Source: Mycoplasmatota bacterium (lineage in GTDB: Bacteria > Bacillota_I > Bacilli_A > MAG-NZ). Taken from it: DNA of 64,000 nt. The notes beneath the pieces are model-generated. The model was not told the DNA's origin and did no database searches. It saw nothing but the letters and a program-made list of their open reading frames with translations. The stretch spans positions 806,001 through 870,000 of the forward strand of contig CP074575.1 of NCBI GenBank assembly GCA_018394315.1, written 5' to 3'. The position numbers and the translations under genes were made by a program. This document shows positions 46,230 through 57,312 of this stretch, in pieces. The first letter of the stretch is position 1, and every line of letters begins with the position of its first letter.

Positions 46230-49200
46230 ATGGAAAGAAATACGTCTATAGTTGAGGCAATGATTATTAATGCTAGAAATCATTTGCTGGACACGTCTTT
46301 TAATAATAGGATGATAAACTCTAAAATTACCCAAAATAAGGGATTATCATTTAATGTTGAAAACTTGGATAAATTTTACGAACTAGTAGCCGGAAATAAC
46401 TCTTTTACTTTTCTTCCATTAGAAAACAAGAAGACTCCTGATTCTAATTTAACGTCAAGTGACAAAGTTAACTTTGAGTACAATAAGAATATTGAAAAGG
46501 TTGGAATTGTTGATGCTGTTTGTATTTTAGACACTACAAAAAAGCCTTCTATCCTTAGTCTGAAGTCGAGTATTGATGAGGGTGATTCAAAGTTAATGTA
46601 CAAAGTTAAAGGTGAAAGTGCATACATAGAATTAGTAGAAAAAATATATGAGGATATTAAAAAGAATTTTACTAAGTATGGTATTGATGAAGATAACGTA
46701 TATAACAAGGATATGTTATTTTCAGGTTTTAAAAAGAAAATTGAAAACGATATAGATAGTATAAAATTATCTCTTTATATTGCATTCTTAAGTATTCTTA
46801 AGAATGAGGGAATACCAAAGGACTATATATTTTTTGGTGGGATAAATAAAAAAAATGAGATTACTCAAGTTAGTAATCTAATTGATAAATTAATTTTTGC
46901 AGGTACTAAGGGGTTCAAGAAAGCTTTAGTTCCTAAGAAGAATAAAAAAGATATCGCAAATTTACCTTCTCAAGTCGCTGAAAATCTTGAAATTGTTTTT
47001 GTCTCTAATATAGATGAGGCAGTTTTATCTGTGTTTGATATGGTTAATTCTGTGGAACATAATGATTTAAGTAATGACTTTATATTGAATAAGAAAAATC
47101 AACCTCAAAAAATATTTTATGTAAATTATAATCAGGATGATTTAAGATCAAGAATGGAAGAAATTTATTTGAATAGTAAACGTCATATTGAGGAACAAGG
47201 AATAAATATCTTATTTCTTTCATTAGGATTTACGCAATGGAGAAGCCCAGTGAAACCAGAGGAGATTATTAACTCACCGTTAATTTTTATACCTGTGAAT
47301 ATTGAGATTAGTAACTATAAGAACATATATAAAATATCTTACTCTAATTCAGAAATAATTCTTAATAAGTCATTAATAAAAAAATTGGAACTTGAGTTTA
47401 ATATAAACTTTGATGAATTATTATTAGATGTTGTTGATGAACGTGACTTTGAAGTATCTAAATATATTGAAAAATTTATGAAAATTACTAGAGAGTCTGG
47501 GAACGATTTTGGAATGGATTCTTCCGCAGTTCACTTAAGTTTCTATTCATATAGTAAATTCTTAATGTATAACGATTTGGATCCAATAAATTGGGAGGAT
47601 GTTCTTCAAGGTGAAGAGGATAATGTATTAACTGATATTTTTGTTAATCATAAATATCACGAGGTAAGCGATGTAGATGATAAAAAATTAATAGATAGTA
47701 ATAGTGAAATAGATATGATAAACAATGTTCTTGATGCGGATTCATCACAACTACTAGCTATCTCTAAAGTAAATCGTGGGAACTCAATTATAATACAAGG
47801 ACCTCCAGGAACTGGTAAATCTCAAACAATTGTGAACTTGATTTCGGAGGGAATAATTCGAAATAAAAAAATCTTATTCATGAGCGAAAAACTTGCTGCG
47901 ATGGATGTTGTATATAGCCGATTAAGATCTCTGAATCTAAGTCACGTTGCATTACAACTTCATTCAGATAAGGTCAATAAATCGCAAGTAATTAACGAGC
48001 TGCAGAAAACATATTATATGAATAAAATAAACGTTAAGAATACGGATTATGATATCGTAAACAAATTAGATGATCTACGTCGAGAGATAAATAACTATTA
48101 TGAATTACTAAATAAAAAATCCTCGAAGTCTAAATTATCTATTGTAGAGGCTTATCGTTTAATCATTAAATTAGAAAATTACTTCAAAATTAACGACATT
48201 GATGTTTATAAACTTGACGTTCATAACGAGTATTTGATGGAGTCTAGCGAAGTTCAGTTTGATAATTTATTAAGTGATCTTGAATCGTTAGAGATTTTTT
48301 ATAACAAATATGGAACAATGAGTGATAATCCTTTAACAAGTATTTCAATTGAAAAGCCTTTATCACATCATGATATGAATAAATATAAAAGCCAAATTAA
48401 TGAGTTGATTAGTGAGCTTACTTCGGTTACTAATAAGATTGCAATTACTAAAGGGAATCAAACTATAATAGACGATTTATCGATATCAAACATTAAGAAG
48501 ATTTTGGCTGTAATAGAAGATCATTCTTCCTTATTAAATAACATTAACAATATTGATTATCCACTCCTAGCAGAAAATAGAGACTTGTTATACGATATTT
48601 TTATGAACTATTGGGATAGTTCAGAAATTAATAACTTAATAAAGAGCAATATATACAATAACTCTAGTGCTGTTGATGAATTGTTATCTTTATTAGAAGC
48701 AATATCTGAAGAAACAGAGTTTCTTAAAAGAAATAATAGTTTTTTAAAACGAAAAAGTCAAAACTTTAAAATACATAAAGATAAGATTGTTAGCAAATAT
48801 TTTAATAAAGATAATGTCAAACTAAGTGATATCGAGACTTCGCTTTCGTGGCTTTATAAAAAATTGTATGTCAAATATATGTTGATTAAAGAAGACGAGC
48901 TATTAAAGAATATTTTTGGTAAAAGAAGTAGAACTGATAACATTAAAATAATTGCTTCGTTATTTCAGTCTTTAGAAGAAATTGTTAAGTTCCTTGAAAA
49001 AGAGTTAAACTTTGAAAATGCTACAATTGAAACTTATTTCAAGTATTTAATGAATTTTGCAACAAATGATTTCAGTAACTTAAATAGTATAGTTGATATA
49101 ATAAACAATGTGACTGAATCACTTGGAATTGATTTGGAAAGTATATTCAGTTCAAATGAATTTATGACATTCAAAATAAGCGAAATAATCGGTGAGTTTG

Positions 49201-51545
49201 GCATTATCAGAGATGGTATGAATACACTTAATGATATTGTAGCCTTAAAAGAGATTAAGAATGGACTTGATGAGAATATTACTAATGAGTACTTGAGAGA
49301 AATCTTACAAAACGAACTATATTCTAAACATATTTCGAAAGTTTTTTCTTATATTAGATACAATAGTATAGTTCAGGAAATAATGAATTATAATTCTGAA
49401 CTAGAGAATTTTAATGCAATGGTTTTTGATCAAAAGATACGAGAGTTCATATATTTGGATAATAGAAATATCCAAGTGAACAATTTGCAAAATACATTGG
49501 ATGCTCATTTTTATAATGTTTACGATATAAGAAAAGATGAAACATTAAGCGTTGAAAATAAAGACGACATAATTAGCTATCTATTGCAAACTTTTAATAG
49601 AAAATACAATGTACCGACTGTAAAAGAATTATTAAAGAAAGCATTTAATCCAATAATTAAGTTGAAACCAGTTTTTATGATGTCACCAATTTCGGTTTCA
49701 CAGTATTTGGAGCCAATTGTCGGGATGTTCGATATTGTTATATTCGATGAAGCTTCACAGATAAAGCCACAGGATGCATTTGGTTCACTTTTGAGAGCCA
49801 AACAAGTTGTTGTTGTTGGAGATGAGAAACAACTTCCACCTACTAACTTTTTTGAGAGTTACTATGGTATAACAGATACGTTTGTTGAAGATGCAGTATC
49901 TAACTATGAAAGTATTCTAACTCTAATAAGAGGAACTGGGGTTCCACTTACCACTCTAAACTGGCACTACCGCAGTAAACACCATAATCTCATTGAAATA
50001 AGCAATAAACATTTTTATGGTGAAGAATTATCTATCTTCCCTTCTAAGTATAAGAGTAATCCGGATTTTGGAATTACATACGAATATGTAGATGGATCTT
50101 TTGATCGTGGAAAAAGTAGAACGAATTCACTTGAGGCAAGAAGAGTTGCCCAAGAAGTTATTAAACATGCAAGAAATAATCCGAACTTATCATTAGGTGT
50201 AGCGACGATAAACATTAACCAAAGGGATTTGATTTTGTCTGAGATTAAGAAAATGAGAGCAAAAGATCATTCGTTAGACGATTTCTTTAGTGAAGATAGG
50301 AATGAACCATTCTTCGTTAAAAACTTAGAAAGTGTTCAAGGGGATGAAAGAGAAGTTATCTTTGTTAGTATTGGATATGCTAAAGATCAAAATGGAAATA
50401 TTATTCAAAATTTTGGTGCTATTAACCATATAGGTGGGGAAAGAAGACTAAATGTTTTGATGACTAGATCAAGACAAAAATGTGTACTGTTCACGGGACT
50501 AAAAGCTGCTGACTTAGAGGTTGATTACAATACAGCAGAAGGGGTAAAGGTCCTTAAAAAATTTCTTGATTTTGCCGAGAGAACCTCAAGCAATATTGAA
50601 ACATATAAAACGAGCGATACGAAGGAATTTTCAATTGAGATTGCTGAGGAATTAAAAAAACATGGCTATAATGTTACCTTCAATGTAGGAAATTCACATT
50701 ACTTCGTTGATATAGCTGTCCATAATCCAAATGATGAATCTGAATATATTTTAGGAATTGAGTTTGATAACTCTACCTATATTCAATCTAGAACTGCAGG
50801 AGAGCGTGAAAGAATTAGAAATAATATTATGAGATCGAAGGGGTGGAATATATATAAGTTATATATCACTTCGTGGTTTAATAATAGAATAAAAGAAATT
50901 GATAACATTTTAGATTACTTATCTCAAATAGAAACTGAAAAGATCGACTATGGGGAAGTTGTTGAGTTTTATGAAGAACAGGTAAATGTAGCTACTAGAT
51001 TCGGATTCAGGCCATATAAGAAATTTGATAAAAGGATTGAGAACATTAAGAAGTTCGTTAAGGAACCAGTTCAAATTCAGAAATATGTCCTAGATCTTAT
51101 TACAGTAGAATCGCCAATCAGATTAAGTACAATAAATTCAAGAATATTAGAAAATTCTTACTTAGAAACTAAGGAGAAAGTATTCAACGGAAGTGTGAAA
51201 AAAGCTCTTTCCAAACTTCAAGAAAGTGGAGTTATCTATAAAGATGAGGGATTTTATTTCATCAGTGATAGATCTCAATTTATTCCTTTTAAAGATAGGA
51301 GAGCAATTGTTGGTTCTTTTACGTTGGAGGATGTACGTGAGGAAGAATATATTCATGCAATTAGAGAAATTACTAAAAACAGTTTTGGTATAGATACTGA
51401 AAATATTGCAACCATTATTTCAAATTATCTTGGATTTGATAACATTAACTTCGATATTCATGATAGAATCGAAAGACTTTCAATTAGATTGGTTAATTCT
51501 GAAACATTATTTATAGATAAGAACAACAATTTACAGCTTAGATAA
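46230..51545 (+). CDS. DUF4011 - SF1 (DNA2/NAM7-like) helicase - Vsr/REase-like nuclease - DUF3320-like protein (Hhe-type anti-phage), with inserted Lon-protease-like domain
   Basis: LLD..N..N and EEQGINILFLSLGF..W...PLIFIPV (DUF4011); DADSSQ, QGPPGTGKSQT, FDEASQ, GDEKQLPPT, HYRS, VQGDER, RRLNV..TR (SF1); VDIAV..GIEFD..RER.R..GW (nuclease). Confidence 0.88.
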   Translation: MERNTSIVEAMIINARNHLLDTSFNNRMINSKITQNKGLSFNVENLDKFYELVAGNNSFTFLPLENKKTPDSNLTSSDKVNFEYNKNIEKVGIVDAVCILDTTKKPSILSLKSSIDEGDSKLMYKVKGESAYIELVEKIYEDIKKNFTKYGIDEDNVYNKDMLFSGFKKKIENDIDSIKLSLYIAFLSILKNEGIPKDYIFFGGINKKNEITQVSNLIDKLIFAGTKGFKKALVPKKNKKDIANLPSQVAENLEIVFVSNIDEAVLSVFDMVNSVEHNDLSNDFILNKKNQPQKIFYVNYNQDDLRSRMEEIYLNSKRHIEEQGINILFLSLGFTQWRSPVKPEEIINSPLIFIPVNIEISNYKNIYKISYSNSEIILNKSLIKKLELEFNINFDELLLDVVDERDFEVSKYIEKFMKITRESGNDFGMDSSAVHLSFYSYSKFLMYNDLDPINWEDVLQGEEDNVLTDIFVNHKYHEVSDVDDKKLIDSNSEIDMINNVLDADSSQLLAISKVNRGNSIIIQGPPGTGKSQTIVNLISEGIIRNKKILFMSEKLAAMDVVYSRLRSLNLSHVALQLHSDKVNKSQVINELQKTYYMNKINVKNTDYDIVNKLDDLRREINNYYELLNKKSSKSKLSIVEAYRLIIKLENYFKINDIDVYKLDVHNEYLMESSEVQFDNLLSDLESLEIFYNKYGTMSDNPLTSISIEKPLSHHDMNKYKSQINELISELTSVTNKIAITKGNQTIIDDLSISNIKKILAVIEDHSSLLNNINNIDYPLLAENRDLLYDIFMNYWDSSEINNLIKSNIYNNSSAVDELLSLLEAISEETEFLKRNNSFLKRKSQNFKIHKDKIVSKYFNKDNVKLSDIETSLSWLYKKLYVKYMLIKEDELLKNIFGKRSRTDNIKIIASLFQSLEEIVKFLEKELNFENATIETYFKYLMNFATNDFSNLNSIVDIINNVTESLGIDLESIFSSNEFMTFKISEIIGEFGIIRDGMNTLNDIVALKEIKNGLDENITNEYLREILQNELYSKHISKVFSYIRYNSIVQEIMNYNSELENFNAMVFDQKIREFIYLDNRNIQVNNLQNTLDAHFYNVYDIRKDETLSVENKDDIISYLLQTFNRKYNVPTVKELLKKAFNPIIKLKPVFMMSPISVSQYLEPIVGMFDIVIFDEASQIKPQDAFGSLLRAKQVVVVGDEKQLPPTNFFESYYGITDTFVEDAVSNYESILTLIRGTGVPLTTLNWHYRSKHHNLIEISNKHFYGEELSIFPSKYKSNPDFGITYEYVDGSFDRGKSRTNSLEARRVAQEVIKHARNNPNLSLGVATININQRDLILSEIKKMRAKDHSLDDFFSEDRNEPFFVKNLESVQGDEREVIFVSIGYAKDQNGNIIQNFGAINHIGGERRLNVLMTRSRQKCVLFTGLKAADLEVDYNTAEGVKVLKKFLDFAERTSSNIETYKTSDTKEFSIEIAEELKKHGYNVTFNVGNSHYFVDIAVHNPNDESEYILGIEFDNSTYIQSRTAGERERIRNNIMRSKGWNIYKLYITSWFNNRIKEIDNILDYLSQIETEKIDYGEVVEFYEEQVNVATRFGFRPYKKFDKRIENIKKFVKEPVQIQKYVLDLITVESPIRLSTINSRILENSYLETKEKVFNGSVKKALSKLQESGVIYKDEGFYFISDRSQFIPFKDRRAIVGSFTLEDVREEEYIHAIREITKNSFGIDTENIATIISNYLGFDNINFDIHDRIERLSIRLVNSETLFIDKNNNLQLR

Positions 51546-51650
51546 GTTGATACAGATAATTCGATTGTCTCAAAACTCTAATGAAGACTCGTTTAATAGA
51601 TGAAAAGGTAGATGATTACATTTACAAAAATGTTAGAAAAATCTGAGCAA

Positions 51651-51691
51651 CTTACAATCAAGAACGTTACAGCGCGCCGTATCATAAATAA
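51651..51691 (+). repeat. att-like site S5 (core 51674-51691)
   Basis: CTTACAATCAAGAACGTTACAGC-GCGCCGTATCATAAATAA. Confidence 0.9.
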
Positions 51692-51754
51692 CAGCTTAAC
51701 TCTAATTGATAACGCGTAACACTACATCTAGATAATTTAAATTATAATGTAAAG

Positions 51755-51934
51755 ATGATTAATAATGCTATTGGTATTAACTTAGTAGGTAAAAAAAAAC
51801 CTGCAGTTCATCATCACTATATTGGAATTAATGAAGAGGAAGAAAAAGTAGTACATAAGATATATGAACTATTTAATGCTGGATACGGATATATAGCAAC
51901 TGCTATAAATTGTCAAGGATGGACTTCAAGCTGA
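51755..51934 (+). pseudogene. Fragment of a large serine recombinase (recombinase domain, Ccr-like)
   Basis: 51827-51934 reads INEEEEKVVHKIYELFNAGYGYIATAINCQGWTSS*, matching the I.EEEA.VV..IF.L...G.G...IA..LN..G pattern. Confidence 0.65.
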
Positions 51935-52086
51935 TTTATAGATTGATATAGAATTTACACTGAATCGTGGTGTATGAGTATGATGGAAACATTAGTGATG
52001 TTTCCTTTTCTTGTGGTGAGGTGCTATAATTTGGTAAAGAAAGAAGAATGTTCATCGAACTTGTAAAAAAACGGGAGGAAGATATA

Positions 52087-52962
52087 GTGTATAGAGAAAT
52101 GAAAAAAGCAGATTTGACCTTAGTGAATGGTATGCTAGGAAGAATAAATAGCTCAGCTAAAAAGGTTTTTAATCAAGCATATGAAGATGGGAATTTAGTT
52201 AGTTGTTTAATGTACGATGATAAGAATGATAGAGGAGTCTTTACAATTGTAGAGGGTCCTAATTATTATGCTTTGCAAGTATCTTTTGACAAGGATGTTA
52301 GTAATTATAAAGTTATAAAGGTCATTCATGAAGGATTGGACAAAATTATAAAAGTTAGAGGTTCCAAAGATATATATTTAAACATTAATGGATATAATCC
52401 TTCAATAATAAATTATTTTAGAAATTACAACTTTACTCAAGATTCGTTGGGATTTGAATATAGCTTTTCCACTTCATCAGAGACTATAGATGCAATTTCT
52501 AACTTTAAGGTTGAGGAGGGGTTAACCTTCAAGGGTTTTGAAGAAGAGAATGCTCACAATTATATAGAACTTTTAGATGATGCTTTTAGGCAACTTGATA
52601 TTGATAGTAATGAAGAGCAGGATCGATATAGAAAGAGCGGTCAAAAATTTCTTTCATGGCTAAGAAAGGTAGATGAGAAAAAGAATTTTGGCGCTTTGTG
52701 GAGCAACGTTGATTTGGTTGGAGTATACATCTTAAATGATGATTGTATACATACAATAGCAGTGAATCCAAAATATGAGGGAAAGGGATTTGGAAATCAA
52801 ATAATGAAATATTGCTTAAAAAATTTGATTTTGAACAAAAAATATAAAGAGGTTTATCTACAAGTACTTTTCGAAAATAAAAGAGCTCAGAAATTTTATA
52901 TTAAAAACGGATTCGAAGTAAGAGGATATTACTGTGAGAATACATATGTGTCAAAAATGTAA
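52087..52962 (+). CDS. GNAT-family acetyltransferase
   Basis: AVNPKYEGKGFG, N.RAQKFYIKNGF; GTG start after GGGAGG. Confidence 0.88.
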   Translation: MYREMKKADLTLVNGMLGRINSSAKKVFNQAYEDGNLVSCLMYDDKNDRGVFTIVEGPNYYALQVSFDKDVSNYKVIKVIHEGLDKIIKVRGSKDIYLNINGYNPSIINYFRNYNFTQDSLGFEYSFSTSSETIDAISNFKVEEGLTFKGFEEENAHNYIELLDDAFRQLDIDSNEEQDRYRKSGQKFLSWLRKVDEKKNFGALWSNVDLVGVYILNDDCIHTIAVNPKYEGKGFGNQIMKYCLKNLILNKKYKEVYLQVLFENKRAQKFYIKNGFEVRGYYCENTYVSKM

Positions 52963-52966
52963 ACAA

Positions 52967-53007
52967 GTTGCAGCTGAAAACGTTATAACGCGCCTTATCA
53001 TAAATAA
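52967..53007 (+). repeat. att-like site S6 (core 52990-53007)
   Basis: GTTGCAGCTGAAAACGTTATAAC-GCGCCTTATCATAAATAA; starts 4 bp after the GNAT stop. Confidence 0.9.
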
Positions 53008-53294
53008 TGGAAATATGAAGGATGATTATAAGAAAGCGGTAGTACATTAATAGCTGGCTAATCTGCTACAGTGTTGGTAAATTAGAAGGTAGTTCTTCTA
53101 CAACATCTTATAATGAATCATTAGCAGGTGGATTATTGTTGGTTGTGAATAGGCTTTAAAGCAGTTCTTGCTGTGGATTTGTTATCACCTACACTTAACA
53201 CATGGCAATTTAGGAAGAGAAACGTAATATCAATTTAGGGAATATTAGGAATGTCGAGTAAATTTATAAAAGATTTAACTTTACTATAAGAGGC

Positions 53295-53413
53295 TTTAGT
53301 TATATAAGAGAATGGATGTATAATCTGTTAGATGAACTTATTGAGGAAGTAATTTAGTAACTAGTATACTGAAATTGCAACAGTTATGATACAAGTTAGG
53401 TCTAAGACGAGAT
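53295..53413 (+). repeat. 119-bp copy of 63367-63485 (3' end of the epimerase gene plus downstream DNA)
   Basis: 110/119 identical, ungapped, counted by eye. Confidence 0.92.
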
Positions 53414-53432
53414 GTTGAGGAATTTATAACAT

Positions 53433-53473
53433 ATTACAAATAAAAATGTTACGACAATCCATACCTTAAATAG
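53433..53473 (+). repeat. att-like site S7 (degenerate core 53456-53473)
   Basis: ATTACAAATAAAAATGTTACGAC-AATCCATACCTTAAATAG; 16/23 to the S5 left arm, 13/18 to the S1 core. Confidence 0.7.
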
Positions 53474-53601
53474 AGTTAATACATGTTATAAATTCATACA
53501 ATTTTTATAAAATATTATTATAAGGAAACGCCAAGTTTTTTCTTCTTTTGTATGATAAGTCTTGTTAAAAAAATTTTGATTTGAAATAAAAAAAATTCTT
53601 G

Positions 53602-53630
53602 TTGACATTTGTACTGTTTTTATTTAAACT
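53602..53630 (+). promoter_or_regulatory. SigA promoter of the Pro T-box leader
   Basis: TTGACA-17 bp-TAAACT. Confidence 0.75.
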
Positions 53631-53644
53631 GTAAAATATATAAC

Positions 53645-53848
53645 ATGTTGATGAGGACTAGTAAAATTATAATTTGTTTAGAGAGAGTTACTGTTTGGTG
53701 AAAAGTAATAACAAATTAATTTGAACCTACCTTTGAGTGATACTAATTATATCCGGATCCATATCCGTTATCAATGATAAGTGCTTATGAACTAAGGTGG
53801 TACCGCGGAATTTTTCGTCCTTTGAAAAATTCTTGCGGTACTTTTTTT
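53645..53848 (+). ncRNA. T-box riboswitch, proline specifier
   Basis: AGTA, AGAGAG and GGTGAAA stem I motifs; GAA-CCT specifier (53726-53728); AAGGTGGTACCGCG T-box; terminator with T tract. Confidence 0.92.
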
Positions 53849-53867
53849 ATTATAAAAGGAGGAAACC

Positions 53868-53989
53868 CTGAAGAATTAAAAAATAATTAGTAGAGATATT
53901 GACTTTGCTAATTGGTATGTAGATATTGTTGAAGGTTTAGAAAATATACATCAATCAAAGGTTATATGGTTATAAAACCAAACAAGTAA
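53868..53989 (+). pseudogene. proS: 5' relic of archaeal/eukaryotic-type prolyl-tRNA synthetase
   Basis: After AGGAGG: (CTG)KN*KIISRDIDFANWYVDIV, then frameshifted YTSIKGYMVIKP; matches ProRS DF..WY.D.V...Y..VKG.MV.KP. Confidence 0.75.
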
Positions 53990-54032
53990 TTAATATTTAT
54001 ACAAGGAGGAGATTACAATTAGAGAACAAATA

Positions 54033-54816
54033 ATGGCTTCAAATAGAATAGTAATAAAGGTAGGAACTTCTTCCTTGGCATATTCTAATGGCAAATTAAA
54101 TTTACGTCAAATTGAAAAACTATGTCAGGTTATAACTGACTTAAGTAATAGGGGTAAGGAAATCGTTCTAATTACTAGTGGTGCTATTGGCGCTGGAATT
54201 GGTAGATTAGGGTTAAATGATAAACCGAAAAAATTAGAGATGAAACAAGCTACCGCAGCAATAGGACAAGCTTACTTAATGCAAATATACCAACGTTTCT
54301 TTGCTAAATATAGTCAACTATGCGCTCAAATGTTATTAACTAAAGAAATTGTCGATAATCATCTTAAAAGGGAAAACGTTGTAAGAACATTTGAAGAACT
54401 ATTTAAGATAGGTGTTATACCAATAGTAAATGAAAATGATTCTGTTTCTACAGACGAAATAATTGGAGATGTTTTTTCGGATAATGATAATTTGTCGTCA
54501 GTGGTTGCTGTTATAAATAAAGCGGATTTGCTCATTATTTTAAGTAACATTGACGGTGTTTATAAAAAAGTAAATGGTAATCTAAGTAACAATGTTATTA
54601 ACAATGTTGATATTATTACTGAGGAAATATATGGTTATGTATCTAATGAAAAGTCTTCACTTGGCACAGGAGGAATGAGTTCAAAACTAAACGCGGTAAA
54701 ATATGCTATGGACAACTCAGTAGATTCAATTATATGTAATAGTAAGGATTTAAATATTATATATGATTGCTTAGAGGGAAAAATAGTTGGAACTTTTTTT
54801 AAGGCAGGAAAAGAAG

Positions 54817-54827
<11 letters not shown>
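54033..54827 (+). CDS. proB: Glutamate 5-kinase (no PUA domain)
   Basis: VIKVGTSSL, SGAIGAG, PIVNENDSV, DND.LS, GTGGM.SKL. Confidence 0.96.
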
Positions 54828-56058
<1,231 letters not shown>

Positions 56059-56066
56059 GGAATTAA

Positions 56067-56870
56067 ATGAAAAACATTGGCTTTATCGGTTGTGGGAATA
56101 TCGCAACTGCAATGATTGCTGGTATAAGTAAATCAACTTTATTTAAAGAGATTAATATTTATGCTTATGATATTGATCAAGATAAACTTCAAATGATGAA
56201 AAATGATTATGGAATAAACCTTGCTAACAGCAATATTGATTTAGTGAAGGCGGTTGAAGTTGTTGTTCTAGCGGTTAAACCGAATATTTATGAAACAGTA
56301 ACTAACGAAATTAAGAATATTATTTCTAAAGATACAATAATAGTTGTTATTGCTGCAGGAATCTCTCTTGATAATATTAAAATGATGTTTAATAGAGAAT
56401 TAAAATATGTAAGAGCAATGCCGAATACTCCTGCACTAGTTGGAGAAGGGATGACGGCATTATGTTATTCTGAGTTACTTAAGGATAATGAAAAGAAATT
56501 AGTTGCTGACATTTTCAGTTGTTTTGGAAAATATCTAGAACTTTCTGAGGATAAATTTAGTGCATTCACATCAGTATGTGGATCGTCGCCAGCATTTGTT
56601 TATATGTTTATAGAAGCATTAGCGGATGGGGGGGTATTGCTAGGGTTACAACGACATCAAATATATGATATGGTTTCTCAAGCAATTTTAGGATCAGCGA
56701 AAATGGTTCTAGAAACTAAAGAACATCCAGGAAAACTAAAGGATAATGTTTGCTCACCTGGAGGAACAGCTATTGAAGGTGTTGCTGAACTTGAAAGAAA
56801 CAATTTTAGGAATGCTGTAATTAGTGCTGTAATTAAAACCGGAGAGAAATCAAGAACAATAAATAATTAA
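56067..56870 (+). CDS. proC: Pyrroline-5-carboxylate reductase
   Basis: IGFIGCGN, LAVKP, RAMPNTP, GSSPAF, VCSPGGT. Confidence 0.97.
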   Translation: MKNIGFIGCGNIATAMIAGISKSTLFKEINIYAYDIDQDKLQMMKNDYGINLANSNIDLVKAVEVVVLAVKPNIYETVTNEIKNIISKDTIIVVIAAGISLDNIKMMFNRELKYVRAMPNTPALVGEGMTALCYSELLKDNEKKLVADIFSCFGKYLELSEDKFSAFTSVCGSSPAFVYMFIEALADGGVLLGLQRHQIYDMVSQAILGSAKMVLETKEHPGKLKDNVCSPGGTAIEGVAELERNNFRNAVISAVIKTGEKSRTINN

Positions 56871-56933
56871 AACTTATTATAATAGAACCACCTGATCTGT
56901 AAACCCTTTTATGAACTTATTTATTATAATTTA

Positions 56934-56962
56934 TTGACATTGAAGTCATGGAGTGCTAAAAT
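56934..56962 (+). promoter_or_regulatory. SigA promoter of the His T-box leader
   Basis: TTGACA-17 bp-TAAAAT with extended TG. Confidence 0.75.
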
Positions 56963-56984
56963 CTTTTTAATTAATCATTAGTTA

Positions 56985-57267
56985 AAAGCTTTGATAAGAA
57001 ATAGTATTCATTTCAATTCTTAAAAAGAGAGTTGCCGTTTGGTGAGAGGCACATAAGAATCTATGGAGAACACATCTTTGAGCTGTGAATTCAAACGTTT
57101 ATCTAGTAGAGTTCATCGGTATCCTTGCAACCGTTATATTGCTAGAGTATAAGCATTTTGCCGTACTCGAAAAGGTTAATATCGTGAGATATTAATAAAA
57201 TAGAAGTGGGACCACGTGAGTATAGCTTTCGTCTTCTAGTATTGACTAGAGAGGGAAGCTTTTTTTA
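56985..57267 (+). ncRNA. T-box riboswitch, probable histidine specifier
   Basis: AGTA, AGAGAG and GGTGAGA motifs; GAA-CAC (57071-57073); antiterminator AAGTGGGACCACG; terminator ending GGAAGC plus T tract. Confidence 0.85.
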
Positions 57268-57312
57268 TTTCCTTTTGACTCATGATTAAATAAAGAAAAG
57301 GGAGATAGAAAA

